From Phyllobates terribilis (Eukaryota), in assembly GCF_046119375.1 (NCBI RefSeq), contig NW_027362763.1, positions 468,162,001 to 468,226,000 on the forward strand: 64,000 bases of DNA, read 5' to 3'. Each line of letters starts with the position of its first letter. Position 1 is the stretch's first letter. The position numbers and the translations under genes are program-made. The notes under the pieces are model-generated. The model saw nothing but the letters and a program-made list of their open reading frames with translations, had not been told where the DNA came from and ran no database searches. Shown here piece after piece: positions 1 through 11,045 of the stretch.

Positions 1-104
1 TGTGTGTGTGTGGGCAGATGTCATTGTGTGATGTCTGTTTGTATGTATTTTTGTGTTTCAAATGTGTTTATGCGTGTCTGTATATGTTTGTGTGTGTGCA
101 TGAC

Positions 105-592
105 TGCATGCGGCCTCCTGCTGAGTATAGTTGGCGCCGTGCGGCCTCCTGATGTCTCTGGGGGGGCGCCGTGCGGCCCCCCGCTGTGTATAGATGGCTA
201 CGTGCGCCCCCCCGCTGTGTATAGATGGATATGTGCGGCCCCCCGCTGTGTATAGACGGTGCCGTGCGGCCCCCCACTGTATATAGATGGCTACGTGCGG
301 CCCCCCGCTGAGTATAGATGTCGCAGTGCGGCCTCCTGCTGTGTATAGATGGCTACGTGCGGCCTCCCGCTGAGTATAGATGGCGCTGTGAGGCCTCCTG
401 CTGTCTCTGGGGGGAGCGCCGTGCGGCATCTATACTCAGCAGGAGGCCGCACGTAGCCATCTATACACGTATACTCAGCAGGAGGCCGCACGTAGCCATC
501 TATACGGTGCCATCTATACACAGCGGGAGGCCGCACGGCGCCATCTATACACAGCGGGAGGCCGCACGGCGCCATCTATACACAGCGGGAGT
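105..592. repeat. GC-rich 31-bp minisatellite; the last units are in inverted orientation (TG-rich low-complexity sequence at 1-100)
   Basis: GTGCGGCCCCCCGCTGTGTATAGATGGC-type units start at 171, 202, 233 and 264 (period 31). From ~430 the units read as the reverse complement (CCATCTATACACAGCGGGAGGCCGCAC). Confidence 0.85.
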
Positions 593-688
593 CTCAGTGC
601 TTTGCAAGAGCAGTCAATAAATTCTGCTTGACTAATTCTGAGCACCATAAAGTCTGGTTCGCTTCTAACCTGCTGTTTTCATTTTCAG

Positions 689-760
689 CTTGCTGAATTC
701 TAACTCATTTACTGTCATTCGAGACGATGCCTTTGCTCGTCTCTTTCACCTTGAATACTT
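689..760 (+). CDS. LGI2: Internal 72-nt LRR-coding exon of leucine-rich glioma-inactivated protein 2
   Basis: Acceptor GTTTTCATTTTCAG ends at 688 and donor GTAAGT starts at 761. The 72-nt exon (symmetric, phase 2 at both ends) translates as LLNSNSFTVIRDDAFARLFHLEY(L). This matches mammalian LGI2 LLNSNSFTIIRDDAFAGLFHLEYL (recalled, not searched) better than LGI1, LGI3 or LGI4. Confidence 0.9.
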
Positions 761-1154
761 GTAAGTGCTCCACTTAATGTCATATTTTTGATTCTGTTCT
801 TCTTCATCTTATGGCATGTGCAATTGTATGAGCAAGTATTCATATGAATTTATGACCTACTTAAACCTTCGAGGACCTTAAATTTTATTCAATCAAATTT
901 TTTTCCAGTTTAAAACTATGGGACATACATGTGCCTTGGTCCTCAAAGGGTTTGTAAAGGGGCTGCAAACATAAATACGAAAAAAATAATTCAATTAGTG
1001 CTTTTTGTGTTCATTTAATTTTTATTTGAAGTCCATTTTTTTTATATACCTTGAAATTAAGCCCTACCCCATGGAATGAAGCCCTACCTACATGACATCT
1101 GAGAGCTACATGGATCCCGCTTGTGAGGTGCCTGTCCGTCACTTCTATTCAGTT

Positions 1155-1560
1155 TTAGGGTCCACTCACTAAGACATATATTCTCTCATGCAAGAGAATA
1201 GGGCCAATTATGCTAATGACACTCGGCTCAAACTCTGTCAGAGCTTCAACTGAGTGTGATCCGATTCTCTCGCAGCACAGATATGGAGAAGATGGAGAAC
1301 TTAATTTCTCCATCTTCTCCATAGTCTCTGTGAGTGTTCATCGGACTGCACTTGGATGACATCCGAGTGCAGTCCAATGTTTTACCTGCACCCATAGACT
1401 TGTATGGGTGCACATGGTCCGAATATCGAATGAGATTATTTTCTCATGCCAATAATCACAGATCTGCACTGTCCCATAGTATAACATAGGGCCGAGTCCT
1501 ATCCGATAAAACATCACATAGCATTCGGCCGTGTTATACGACAGTGTGAGCGAGCCCTTA
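1155..1560. mobile_element. Palindromic MITE, PIF/Harbinger-like ends
   Basis: Imperfect TIR TTAGGGTCCACTCAC / GTGTGAGCGAGCCCTTA. Central hairpin TGGAGAAGATGGAGAA-cttaat-TTCTCCATCTTCTCCA at ~1283-1321. Confidence 0.55.
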
Positions 1561-1961
1561 GAGTCAAGGAATATTTACATGCAGATGATGATATTACTCT
1601 CCAAGTGTATATTTTTTTAGGCGAGTTCATAGTAAATGCTTTGCCTTTTTGACATGTGATCAACTAAAGAACAAGAAAGATTTAGGACCTCCCCTATGGA
1701 GAAACGGAAATAATTTGGAGGACTTGCATGTCCTTTTTTATTTATTATGAGAAAATCATAAAAGATCCACTTTTTTAACCATGCTGTGACTTTCTTCTGA
1801 GGGAGAGTGAGAGAGCTGCCCTATTCAGAGTCTGTAATAAGACCTGCTGACAAAAGTGTTGAAGATACAGTCTAATGTGAATTAACAATGAAAAAAAGTT
1901 AATTTCACAAATGGCTTGTATTTTTTTAATACAAACTTTTTTGTGTTTACAGCTCCTTTAA

Positions 1962-2366
1962 AGGGAATCTGTCATCAGGTTTTTGCCACCTAATCTGAGA
2001 GCAGCATAATGTAGGGTTAGAGGCACTGATTCCAGTAATGTGTCACTTACTGGGCTGCTTAGTGTTGTTTTGATAAAATCATTGATTTGTCAGAAGGTAA
2101 TTATCACTAGATGACTAGTAAGTTCTGTAGGACCCCACCCCCATCACTGATCAGTAGATTTCTGTGTACACTGAGCATGGGCAGAAAGCTGCCAATCAGT
2201 GGTGTGGGTGGGGCTATACAGAGCGCAGCATTCAGAGAGCTGCTAGATCTGCAGCAGATAAAACGGTGATTTTCTCAAAATGACAACAAGCAGCTGAAAA
2301 AGTGACACATCGCTGGAATCAGGGTATCTGCCCCAATATTGTGCTGCTCTCAGATGAGGCAGCACA
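1962..2366. mobile_element. T2/Kolobok-type MITE with truncated right end
   Basis: Starts TTAA|AGGGAATCTGTCA. Internal inverted arms include ATCTGAGAGCAGCATAAT / ATTGTGCTGCTCTCAGAT and TGTCACTT / AAGTGACA. Confidence 0.6.
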
Positions 2367-2517
2367 ATTAATATTGTGCCAAATTTATTTCCCGTGAACT
2401 ATCACATGATCTATCACAGGGGATCATGTGACATGTCACGTGATAAATCAGGTGTGGGGGGGGGCCGCGCCTTCTAAACTGCCTGGGGCCCTTGCTACTC
2501 TTAATCCACCCCTTTGA

Positions 2518-2813
2518 AGGAGTACCTTGCCGACCATACCAACGTCTTCTGTGATTCCTCTGTGCCTTATAACTATTGGGTATCCAAGCTGGACACGTGA
2601 CATGAACTGGCTCTCTACGCCTTCGAGGTACTGGCATGCCCTGCTACTAGCATTTTGTCAGAGCGGGTTTTTAGTACTGCTCGGGGCATTATAACTGATA
2701 GGCACATCCGCCTGTCAACTGAAAATGCTGACAGGCTGACTCCTATCAAAATGAACAAGGGCTGGATTGGGCCAGACTTCTCAACACCACCGGATAATAG
2801 CAGAGAAACATAA
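2518..2813 (+). pseudogene. hAT transposase C-terminal (dimerisation domain) fragment
   Basis: Nucleotide homology to 54045-54327: EYLAD..YWVSKLDT*HELALYAFEVLACPA.S.LSERVFS..MNKGWIGPDF, with an internal stop. Confidence 0.85.
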
Positions 2814-3145
2814 AGTCAAATCCAGTGTTTTTTTGGGGAGGGTCTATTCCCATACACCTCTTCACACCCAGAAATGGATATATGCTTCCTGATTTTATCT
2901 ATTTTCTGTTGTCCTCCTCCTTATCCTCCACCACCATATCACCAGGGTGACCATGATACAACACGCACACAATGTTTTTTAAGGGTGTTTATGATGCCTG
3001 TAGGAAATTTTTTTTAGAGGCCTACCTCTAACATTCTGTATTTTATACAGTATGTTCATGTATACCCCCCAGGAGTAAATGTTTTTCAGCCCATGCACTT
3101 AGTGCATGGGCATTACCACTATAGGAGACCCACTCCTTCCAAATC

Positions 3146-3375
3146 TTTAGAGGGTCACTATGCGTCACTCTCTCAAAATTTTTAGAGGGTCATTATGCGT
3201 CACTCTCTTCAAAGTTTTAGAAGGTTATTATGCGTCACTCTCTTCAAATTTTAAGAGGGTCATTATGCAACAGTCTCTCCAAAATTTTAGAGGGTCATTA
3301 TGCGTCTCTCTCCACATTTTTAGAATGTTATTATGCGTCACTCTCTCTCCAAATTTTTAAAGGGTCATCATGCGG
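3146..3375. repeat. ~34-35-bp tandem repeat, about 7 copies
   Basis: Repeated TTTTAGAGGGTCATTATGCGTCACTCTCTTCAAA. Confidence 0.85.
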
Positions 3376-3817
3376 CACTCGTTCAAAATGTTTATCATCC
3401 AGGGTGTATGCAGTCTCTCCTTCTAATTCTTGGCAGCCCTTGCATTTAGTGCATAGGCTTTATGAGTCTAGGAGTCCCACTACCTCACAGTTTTAACTGA
3501 ATGTGTATGACGCCCTCATTTATGTCTATTACAGGGTGTATCGGAGAACAGTTTCCTTCTAGATTTTGGCAGCTCTTGCATTGTCCGCACAGGCTTTGTG
3601 AGTTTCAGAATCCCTCCTTCATAAATTAAACAGGATGTTTCTGACCATATCACACACACCACATACCCAGATAAGGTAGTACAATGTTAAAATTACACTA
3701 GCTATTGAGCCCGTTCTACGCCAGTTTATTTTTATATGGTCTCCTATGCTGGTGCCCCCATCCTGTTATTTGTGCTGCCCCCATCCTGGTATTTGTGCTC
3801 CCCAATCCTGTTCCCCA

Positions 3818-4431
3818 TCCAAAATGGAGGTGCCTGTGCAAGGTTGTTGTTCCGTGTGCTTAACACTTGCTCCAGCCTTCAGGTCCCGCTGCCTGTCAGT
3901 CCTGCCTGACAGTCTGTCTGTCAGTCCAGCCCGCCAGCCTAACAGTTCTGTTCTCCAGTCTGTCTACAGTTGTGCCCGCCAGCCTGCTTACCTGGAGCAC
4001 CTGTCTGTAACTTGCTGTGCCCGCCAGTCTGCCTACCTGGAGCACCTGCCTGTTACCTGTCGTGCCCGCCAGCCAGTCTACCCGGAGCACCTGCCAGTTA
4101 CCTACCGTGACCGCCTGCTCGCCTACCCGGAGCACCCGTCTGGCTATCTGCCGAACCAGCCTGCTTATCTACCCAGTCCACCCGTCAGCCTTCCTGCCGT
4201 GCTCATCCGCTGTACCGGTCAGTTCCTGCCACCTGACCCGTGGGAGTCACCTGGTCTCACACAAGGTCGGTCCCAGGGTGGCACCTGGTCCACTTGCTCG
4301 GTTCCTCCCTGGTTCACGGAGTCGACTAAGCCGCCATGTGACCTTGGTTGGGCAGAGAAGGCACTTAGTCACGCCCCTCTGGTCCCTCCTTGCACCGAAG
4401 CACAGAGGTTCCACCACCCGGACTCGTAACA
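3818..4431 (+). repeat. 5' LTR, 5'-truncated (U3 and TATA missing)
   Basis: Aligns to 8847-9460 and ends GACTCGTAACA. Contains internal tandem repeats of about 40 bp (CCCGCCAG..CCTGGAGCACCTG). Confidence 0.9.
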
Positions 4432-4433
4432 GT

Positions 4434-4443
4434 TTGCACAGGC
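4434..4443 (+). promoter_or_regulatory. Primer-binding site complementary to the LTR R region (self-priming type)
   Basis: TTGCACAGGC, 2 nt after the 5' LTR, is the exact reverse complement of GCCTGTGCAA at 3832-3841. Confidence 0.65.
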
Positions 4444-4444
4444 C

Positions 4445-5362
4445 ATGGAACCTTGTGGCCCCCAGGCTCCTTCGCTCTCTGATCTGTATCAGGAGGTCTC
4501 ACGTCAGTGTCCCCAACAGGAAACTATCCTGTCCTATCTGCGGACTGTCAACTCCCGCCTGGACACGCTGCCCACCCGCTCCGGCGGCACCTCATCCCAC
4601 TGGCGCAATGGCACCCGGCTCTGGACCCCGGCTCTCTGCACCTCCACGTTTTGGTGGTGACCCCGTCTTATGTTGGGGCTTCTTGAATCAGTGCACGCTG
4701 TACTTTGAACTCCTGGCACATCAGTTCCCTTCCGACCGGGCCAAGGTGGCGTTCATCATGTCTCACCTCACCGGGGAGCATTGGCATGGCTAAACCCTCT
4801 GTGGGAAAGAGGGGATCCCTTGGTGTCCAATCTTCTGGCTTTCCTCGCTGCTTTCCGGAAGGTTTTCGATGAGCCCGGATGAAAATCTTCTACTGCCTCC
4901 TCACTTCTCCGTCTCATCCAAAGGAGTCTCTCCGTGAGCCAGTATGCCATACGTTTCCGAACCCTCGCATCTGAGCTTGCCTGGAACAACGAGGCCCTGG
5001 TGCCCACCTTCTGGGAGGGTCTTTCTGGACGGATCAAGAATGAGCTAGCCGGTTGTAACATCCCTTCCACCCTGGACGACCTGGAGTCATTAGCTACCCA
5101 GATTGACATCCGTTTTCTTGAAAGTGCTAAGGAGACTACCCAGGAGAGAAGATTTCCGCGTCTCGCTCCTGTATTCCAAAAGCCAGCCTCGCAACCAGCA
5201 ATTCCCCGGGCATGTTCGCCTGAGCCCATGCAAATTGACCAAACCAAGATGGTCAAGTCTCGCCAGGAGACGCGTCGAGCCGAGGGGAGTTGCTTCTATT
5301 GTGGCAGTAAACAGCATCTGATCCATTCCTGCCCGGTGAGGCCGGGAAAATCCAGTGTCTAG
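4445..5362 (+). pseudogene. Gypsy gag (retrotransposon gag domain plus CCHC zinc knuckle), frameshifted
   Basis: PPRFGGDP..CWGFLNQC.LYF, YAIRFRTLASELAWNNEAL..F..GL and CFYCGSKQHLIHSC are spread over several frames, with a stop near 4880. Confidence 0.9.
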
Positions 5363-5386
5363 GACCGCTCGGAGAGGTCGTCCTAG
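5344..5386 (+). promoter_or_regulatory. Putative -1 ribosomal frameshift signal (gag-pol)
   Basis: Slippery G GGA AAA (5344-5350), 8-nt spacer, then stem CTAGGAC (5359-5365) / GTCCTAG (5380-5386). Confidence 0.55.
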
Positions 5387-8300
5387 GCAAGAGTAAATCC
5401 TCTCCGTCCTTGACTCTGTCTGTTTCTATTCCAGTGGTGAGACCCGCTTCTTCGAGACGGCACATCTGGATTCTGGAGCCACTGGGAATCTCAATCAACA
5501 GGCTGTTGTGGATCGATATCAGATTCCTACTGTACGTCTGGCTAAACCGTTGGCGGTTGTCTCCATGGATGGGAGGCTTCTTCCGGAGACCATCTTGCTC
5601 GTCACGGAGCCTGGAACCCTTCAGGTGGGAATGCTGCACTTGGAGAAGATCTCCTTCATGTGCTGTCCGGGCTCTCTCACCCCTTCTTGCTTGGTCTACC
5701 CTGGTTACAAAGACATGAGCCCATCCTGAATTGGAGATCTGGTGAAGTGCTCCATTGAGGTCAGGAATGCCAAGAGTCCTGTCTGGTTCCGGTTCGTCCT
5801 GCTCGACCCCCGTCTACTCCGGCTAATCTACCTGGTCTGCCGGAACCCTACTGGTCCTATGCGGATGTCTTCGACAAAAAGGAAGCAGAGACACTACCAC
5901 CTCATAGACTGTATGATTGCCCCATCGACCTGGTACCTGGTACTTCTCCTTCCCGCGGGCGTATCTACCCCTTGTCGCTGGCTGAGACCCGGGCCATGTC
6001 TGAGTACATAGAGGAGAATCTTGCTAGGGGATTTATCCAGAAATCCACCTCTCCGGCTGGAGAAGGATTCTTCTTCATCAAGAAGAAAGACGGCTCTCTA
6101 CGTCCCTGTATCGATTACAGTGGTCTTAACCAGATTACCATCAAAAACAAGTACCCCCTGCCTCTCATCTCGGAGCTGTTCGACTGCCTTAAAGGCGCGA
6201 AGATCTTCACCAAGCTCGATCTTCGGGTGGCGTACAATTTGGTCTGGATTCACCAAGGAGTCGAGTGGAAGACGGCATTCAACACCCGGGACGGTCACTA
6301 AGAATACCGCGTAATGCCCTTTGGTCTCTGTAATGCTCCAGCCGTCTTCCAGGAGCTGGTAAACGACACCTTCCGTGATCTCCTGTATTCTTGCGTGGTA
6401 GTGTACCTGGATGATATCTTGGTCTTCTCTCCAGATCTGCCCTCTCACCGGAGGGATGTTCGTCAGGTTCTGCTAAGGCTCCGGCAGAATCGCCTATATG
6501 CTAAATTCGAGAAATGCCTCTTTGAGCAGACCTCTCTACCGTTCCTGGGCACTATTATCTCCGAGACTGGTCTGCGGATGGATCCCGAGAAGGTCTCTGC
6601 CGTCTTAAAGTGGCCCCAACCGGAGGCGTTGAAGGCGATTCAGCGATTTCTGGGCTTTGCAAATTACTACCGCCTCTTCATTCCTCATTTCTCCCCCCGG
6701 ACTGCTCCCATCTCCGCGCTCACCCGTAAAGGAGCAAATCCCAGGGAATGGACTTCCGAAGCGGAGGAGGCCTTTGTCTCCCTAAAACAAGCCTTCTCCT
6801 CCGTTCCTGTGCTACAACGTCCGGATTGCAACAAGCAGTTCTTCCTGGAGGTTAATGCATCCTCCTCCGGAGCCCGAGCGGTGCTCACCCAGAAATCCTC
6901 GTCCGGGAGAATGGTAACCTGCGGCTTCTTCTCCAAGCTCTTCTCCTCGTCCGAGCGCAACTACTCCATAGGAGATCGTGAGCTGCTGGCCATCAAATTA
7001 GCACTGGAGGAGTGGCGTTACTTGCTGGAGGGGGCTCTGCACCCGGTGGTCATCTACATTGACCACAAAAACCTTGCTTATTTGCAGAACGCCCAAAGAT
7101 TAAATCCGCGTCAGGCCAGGTGCTCTCTATTCTTTGCTTGATTCTGCTTCACCCTGCATTACCGCCCGGCGGACAAGAACCTTAAAGCTGATGCTCTATC
7201 CCGCTCATTCCTGTCTTGCGACCAAGAGGAGGAGCCTCTACATACCATTGACCCCGCCAAAGTAATGACTATGGCTCCATTTGACCTGTCTCATCTTTCA
7301 CCCGGTAAGACCTTTGTAGCGGTTCCGGATCATAAGAAGGTTCTACTCTGGGGCCATTCATCCAAACTAGCCGGTCATGCTGGCCAGAGGAAGACCTTTC
7401 TGCTCATCGCCCGACATTACTGGTGGCCTTCCCTGCGCAAGGATGTTGCGGACTTCTTCGCGGCTTGTTCCTCCTGTGCCCGTAACAAGGTTCCCTGGCA
7501 CCTTCCATACGGCCATCTCCTTCCTCTCCCTGTGCCTTCCACTCCATGGCAACACATTGCAATGGACTTCATTACTGATCTCCCTCTTTCTGCCAGTTGT
7601 ACTGTCATTTGGGTGGTTGCTGACCGCTTTTCTAAAATGGCCCATTTCATCCCTCTGCCTGGTCTTCCGTCTGCATCTGTGCTGGCTAAGGACTTCATCC
7701 ATCACATCTTTCGTCTTCACGGCCTACTCCTCCACATTGTGTCTGATCGCGGGGTTCAGTTCACTTCGTGCTTCTGGAGAGCTAAATGTAAGCTGCTGGA
7801 TGTCTCCTTGGATTTCTCCTCTGCTTATCATCCGCAATCCAATGGTCAAGTGGAAAGTATCAACCAGGTCCTTACCAGCGTTCTTCGGCACTTTGTCAAC
7901 GCTCACCATAACGATTGGGTTGAGCTCCTGCCATGGGCTGAGTTCTCCTATAACAACCATGAGAGCGAGTCTTCTTCTAAATCCCCGTTCTTTGTGGTCT
8001 ACGGTCAACACCCCCAGATTCCGTTTCCCGTCTCCTCTTCAGTGGACAATCCTGCCACGGAGTCTCTGGTCAGCGAATTTTCGGCTATGTGGGAAGACAC
8101 TAGATCTGTGCTTCTTCAGTCCTCCGAGCGGATGAAGAAGCATGCTGATAAGAGACGTCTGGATCCTCCTCAATTCCATCCGGGAGACAATGTCAGGCTT
8201 TCCTCCAAATATGTTCGTCTCAAGATACCTTCCTATAAGTTGGGTCCGTGGTTCATCGGTCCGTTTGAGGTTCTAAACCAAATCAATCCCATGGCTTACA

Positions 8301-8612
8301 AGCTGAAACTCCCAGTCACCTTACGGATTCCCAACTCCTTTCATGTATCCCTCCTCAAACGTGTTGTCCTTAATTCTTTCTCTGACAATCCAGGTACCGC
8401 TCCAACTCCAGTCTCTGCTGAGGACGTCTTTGAGGTAAAAAAACATTTTGGCCACCAAGAGGATAAGAGGAAAGACTTTCTTTCATGTGGATTGGAAGGG
8501 GTTTGGCCCTGAGGAGAGGTCTTGGGAACCCAGGGAGAACATTCATGCCCCTCATCTTCTTAAAAAATTTCTTGCGGGCCTAAAGAAGAGGGGGCATAAA
8601 GGGGGGGGGGGG
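5363..8612 (+). pseudogene. Gypsy pol: protease, RT, RNase H, integrase, chromodomain
   Basis: LDSGATG (PR, ~5467); RPCIDY, KLDL..AY and VYLDDILVFS (RT); RNase H NAS (D>N) and ELLAI..AL; integrase H..GH..CSSC, MDFITDL, SDRGVQF, GQVE, GPF; chromodomain VDWKGFGPEERSWEP. Stops at 6299 and 7139 plus frameshifts. Confidence 0.95.
8582..8612 (+). promoter_or_regulatory. Polypurine tract
   Basis: AAAGAAGAGGGGGCATAAAGGGGGGGGGGGG, 3 nt before the LTR start TG. Confidence 0.85.
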
Positions 8613-8615
8613 TAC

Positions 8616-9460
8616 TGTAGCATCGGCGTCTCTGCCTCCTGCCGGGCAGAGACGCGGTTCCCCTCACCGCCGTGGTCCAGGTCTGGCGTCTTCCCGCTCC
8701 CTTGCTGCTGTTGCGCACACTGCACGCAGCTTCCCGGGCACTGTGCTTAGGGCGCGCGCGCTCCCTGCCTCTTAAAGGGGCCGCGCGCGCCGTCCTATAG
8801 AGTCCCGGCCGATGGCCGGAGGACTTCCCCTATATAAGGCACCTCCTCCAAAATGGAGGTGCCTTTGCAAGGTTGTTGTTCCGTGTGCTGAACACTTGCA
8901 ACAGCCCTCAGGTCCTGCTGCCTGTCAGTCCTGCCTGCCAGTCTGTCGGTCAGTCCAGCCCGCCAGCCTAACAGTTCTGTTCTCCAGTTTGTCTACAGTT
9001 GTGTCCGGCAGCCTGCTTACCTGGAGCACCTGTCTGTAACCTGCCGTGCCCGCCAGTCTGCCTACCTGGAGCACCTGCCTGTTACCTGTCGTTCCCGCCA
9101 GCCAGTCTACCCGGAGCACCTGCCAGTTACCTGTCGTGCCCGCCTGCTCGCCTACCCGGGGGATCCGTCTGGCTATCTGCCGAACCAGCCTGCTTATCTA
9201 CCCGGTCCACCCATCAGCCTTCCTGCCGTGCTCATCCGCTGTACCGGTCAGTTCCTGCCATCTGACCTGTGTGAGTCACCAGCTCTCACACAAGGTCGGT
9301 CCCAGAGTGGCACCTGGTCCAACTGTACGGTTCTTCCCTGGTTCACGGAGTCGACTAAGCCACCGTGTGACCTTGGTCGGGCCGAGTAGGCACTTAGTCA
9401 CGCCCCTCTGGTCCCTCCTTGCACTGAAACACAGAGGTTCCACCACCCGGACTCGTAACA
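8616..9460 (+). repeat. 3' LTR (complete, 845 bp) with TATA box at 8831-8837
   Basis: TGTAGC...GTAACA termini and TATATAA at 8831. Direct repeat of 3818-4431. Confidence 0.92.
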
Positions 9461-11045
9461 CATGCACCCCTCACCCCCAATCCTGTATGCATGGCACCCC
9501 TCACCCCTAATCCTGGTAGGCATGGCACCCCTCATCCCAATCCTGGCATGCATGGCTCCCTCATGCCCAATCCTGGTATGCATGGTACCCCATCCCTCAT
9601 CCCTATCCTGGTATGTATGGTACCCCTCATCCTGGTATGCATGGTACCCCTCATCCCTATCATGGTATGCATGACACCCCACATCCCTATCCTGGTATAC
9701 ATGGTACCCCTCATCCCTATCCTGGTATGCATGGTACCCCTCATCCCTATCCTGGTATACATGGTACTCCTCATCCCTATCCTGGTATGCATGGCCCCTC
9801 ATCCTAATCCTGGTATGCATGGCCCCCCCAGACCTCTATCCTGGTATGCATGGCACCCCTCATCCCTATCCTGGTATGCATGGCACCCCCCATCCCCAAT
9901 CCTGGTATGCATGGAACCCCCATCCCCAATCCTGGTATGCATGGTACCCCTCATTCCCCAATCCTGGTATGCATGGTACCCCTTACCCCTCAATCCTGGT
10001 ATGTATGGTACCCCTCATCCCCCAATCCTGGTATGTATGGTACCCCTCACCCCCAATCCTGGTATGTATGGTACCCCTCATCCCCAAATTCTGGTATTTG
10101 TGGCCCCCTCATCCCTCAATCCTGGTATGTGTGGCCCCCTCATCCCTAATCCTGGTATGCGTGGCCCCCTCATCCCCAATCCTGGTATGCGTGGCCCCCT
10201 CATCCCCCAATTCTGGTATGCGTGCCCCCTCATCCCCCAATCCTGGTATGCGTGTCCTCCTCACCCCCCAATCCTGGTATGCATGTCCTGCTCACCCCCC
10301 AATCCTGGTATGTGTGGCACCCTCATCCCCCAATCCTGGTATGCATGGCCCCCTCACCCCCCAATCTTGGTATGTGTGGCCCCCTCACCCCCCAATCTTG
10401 GTATGCGTGGTCCCCTCACCCCCCAATCCTGGTATGCGTGACCCCCTCAGCCCCCAATCCTGGTATGCGTGGCCCCCTCAACCCCCAATCCTGGTATGCG
10501 TGGCACCCCTCATCCCCAATACTGGTATGCATGGCACCCTCATCCCCAATCCTGGTATGCATGGTCCCCTCACCCCCCAATCCAGGTATGCAAGGCATCC
10601 CTCAACCCCCAATTCTGGTATGCATGGCACCACTCATCCCCAATCCTGGTATGCATGGTACCCCTCACCCCTCAATCCTGGTATGTATGGTACCCCTCAT
10701 CCCCCAATTCTGGTATATGTGGCCCCCTCATCCCCCAATCCTGGTATGTGTGGTTCCCTCATCCCCCAATCCTGGTATGTGTGGCCCCCTCATCCCCCAA
10801 TACTGGTATGTGTGGCCCCCTCATCCCCCAATCCTGTTATGTGTGGCCCCCTCGTCCACCAATCCTGGTATGTGTGGCCCCCTCAGCCCCCAATCCTGGT
10901 ATGCATGGCATCCCTCATCCCCAATCCTGGTATGCATGGCACCTCTCATCCCCAATCCTGGTATGCATGGTCCCCTCACCCCCCAATACTGGTATGTGTG
11001 GCCCCCTTATCCCCCAATCCTGGTATGTGTGGCCCCCTCATCCCT
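9461..11045. repeat. ~29-31-bp minisatellite, roughly 50 copies (Helitron interior)
   Basis: CCCCAATCCTGGTATGCATGGCACCCCTCAT-type units. Related degenerate units lie at 3750-3817, on the other side of the Gypsy insertion. Confidence 0.95.

Larger units (their letters stand above)
3818..9460 (+). mobile_element. Ty3/Gypsy chromovirus-type (Tf1/sushi group) LTR retrotransposon, degenerate
   Basis: Two LTRs, gag with CCHC knuckle, pol domains PR-RT-RH-IN-chromodomain, and a PPT. Confidence 0.95.

Noticed and set aside
4-620. Overlapping ORFs of 69-123 aa
   Set aside because: They are translations of the TG tract and the 31-bp minisatellite, with no protein-like signal.
3746-4429. 227-aa ORF and the similar ORFs at 8812-9510
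   Set aside because: They lie within the LTRs, are repeat-derived, and are not conserved in frame between the two LTRs.
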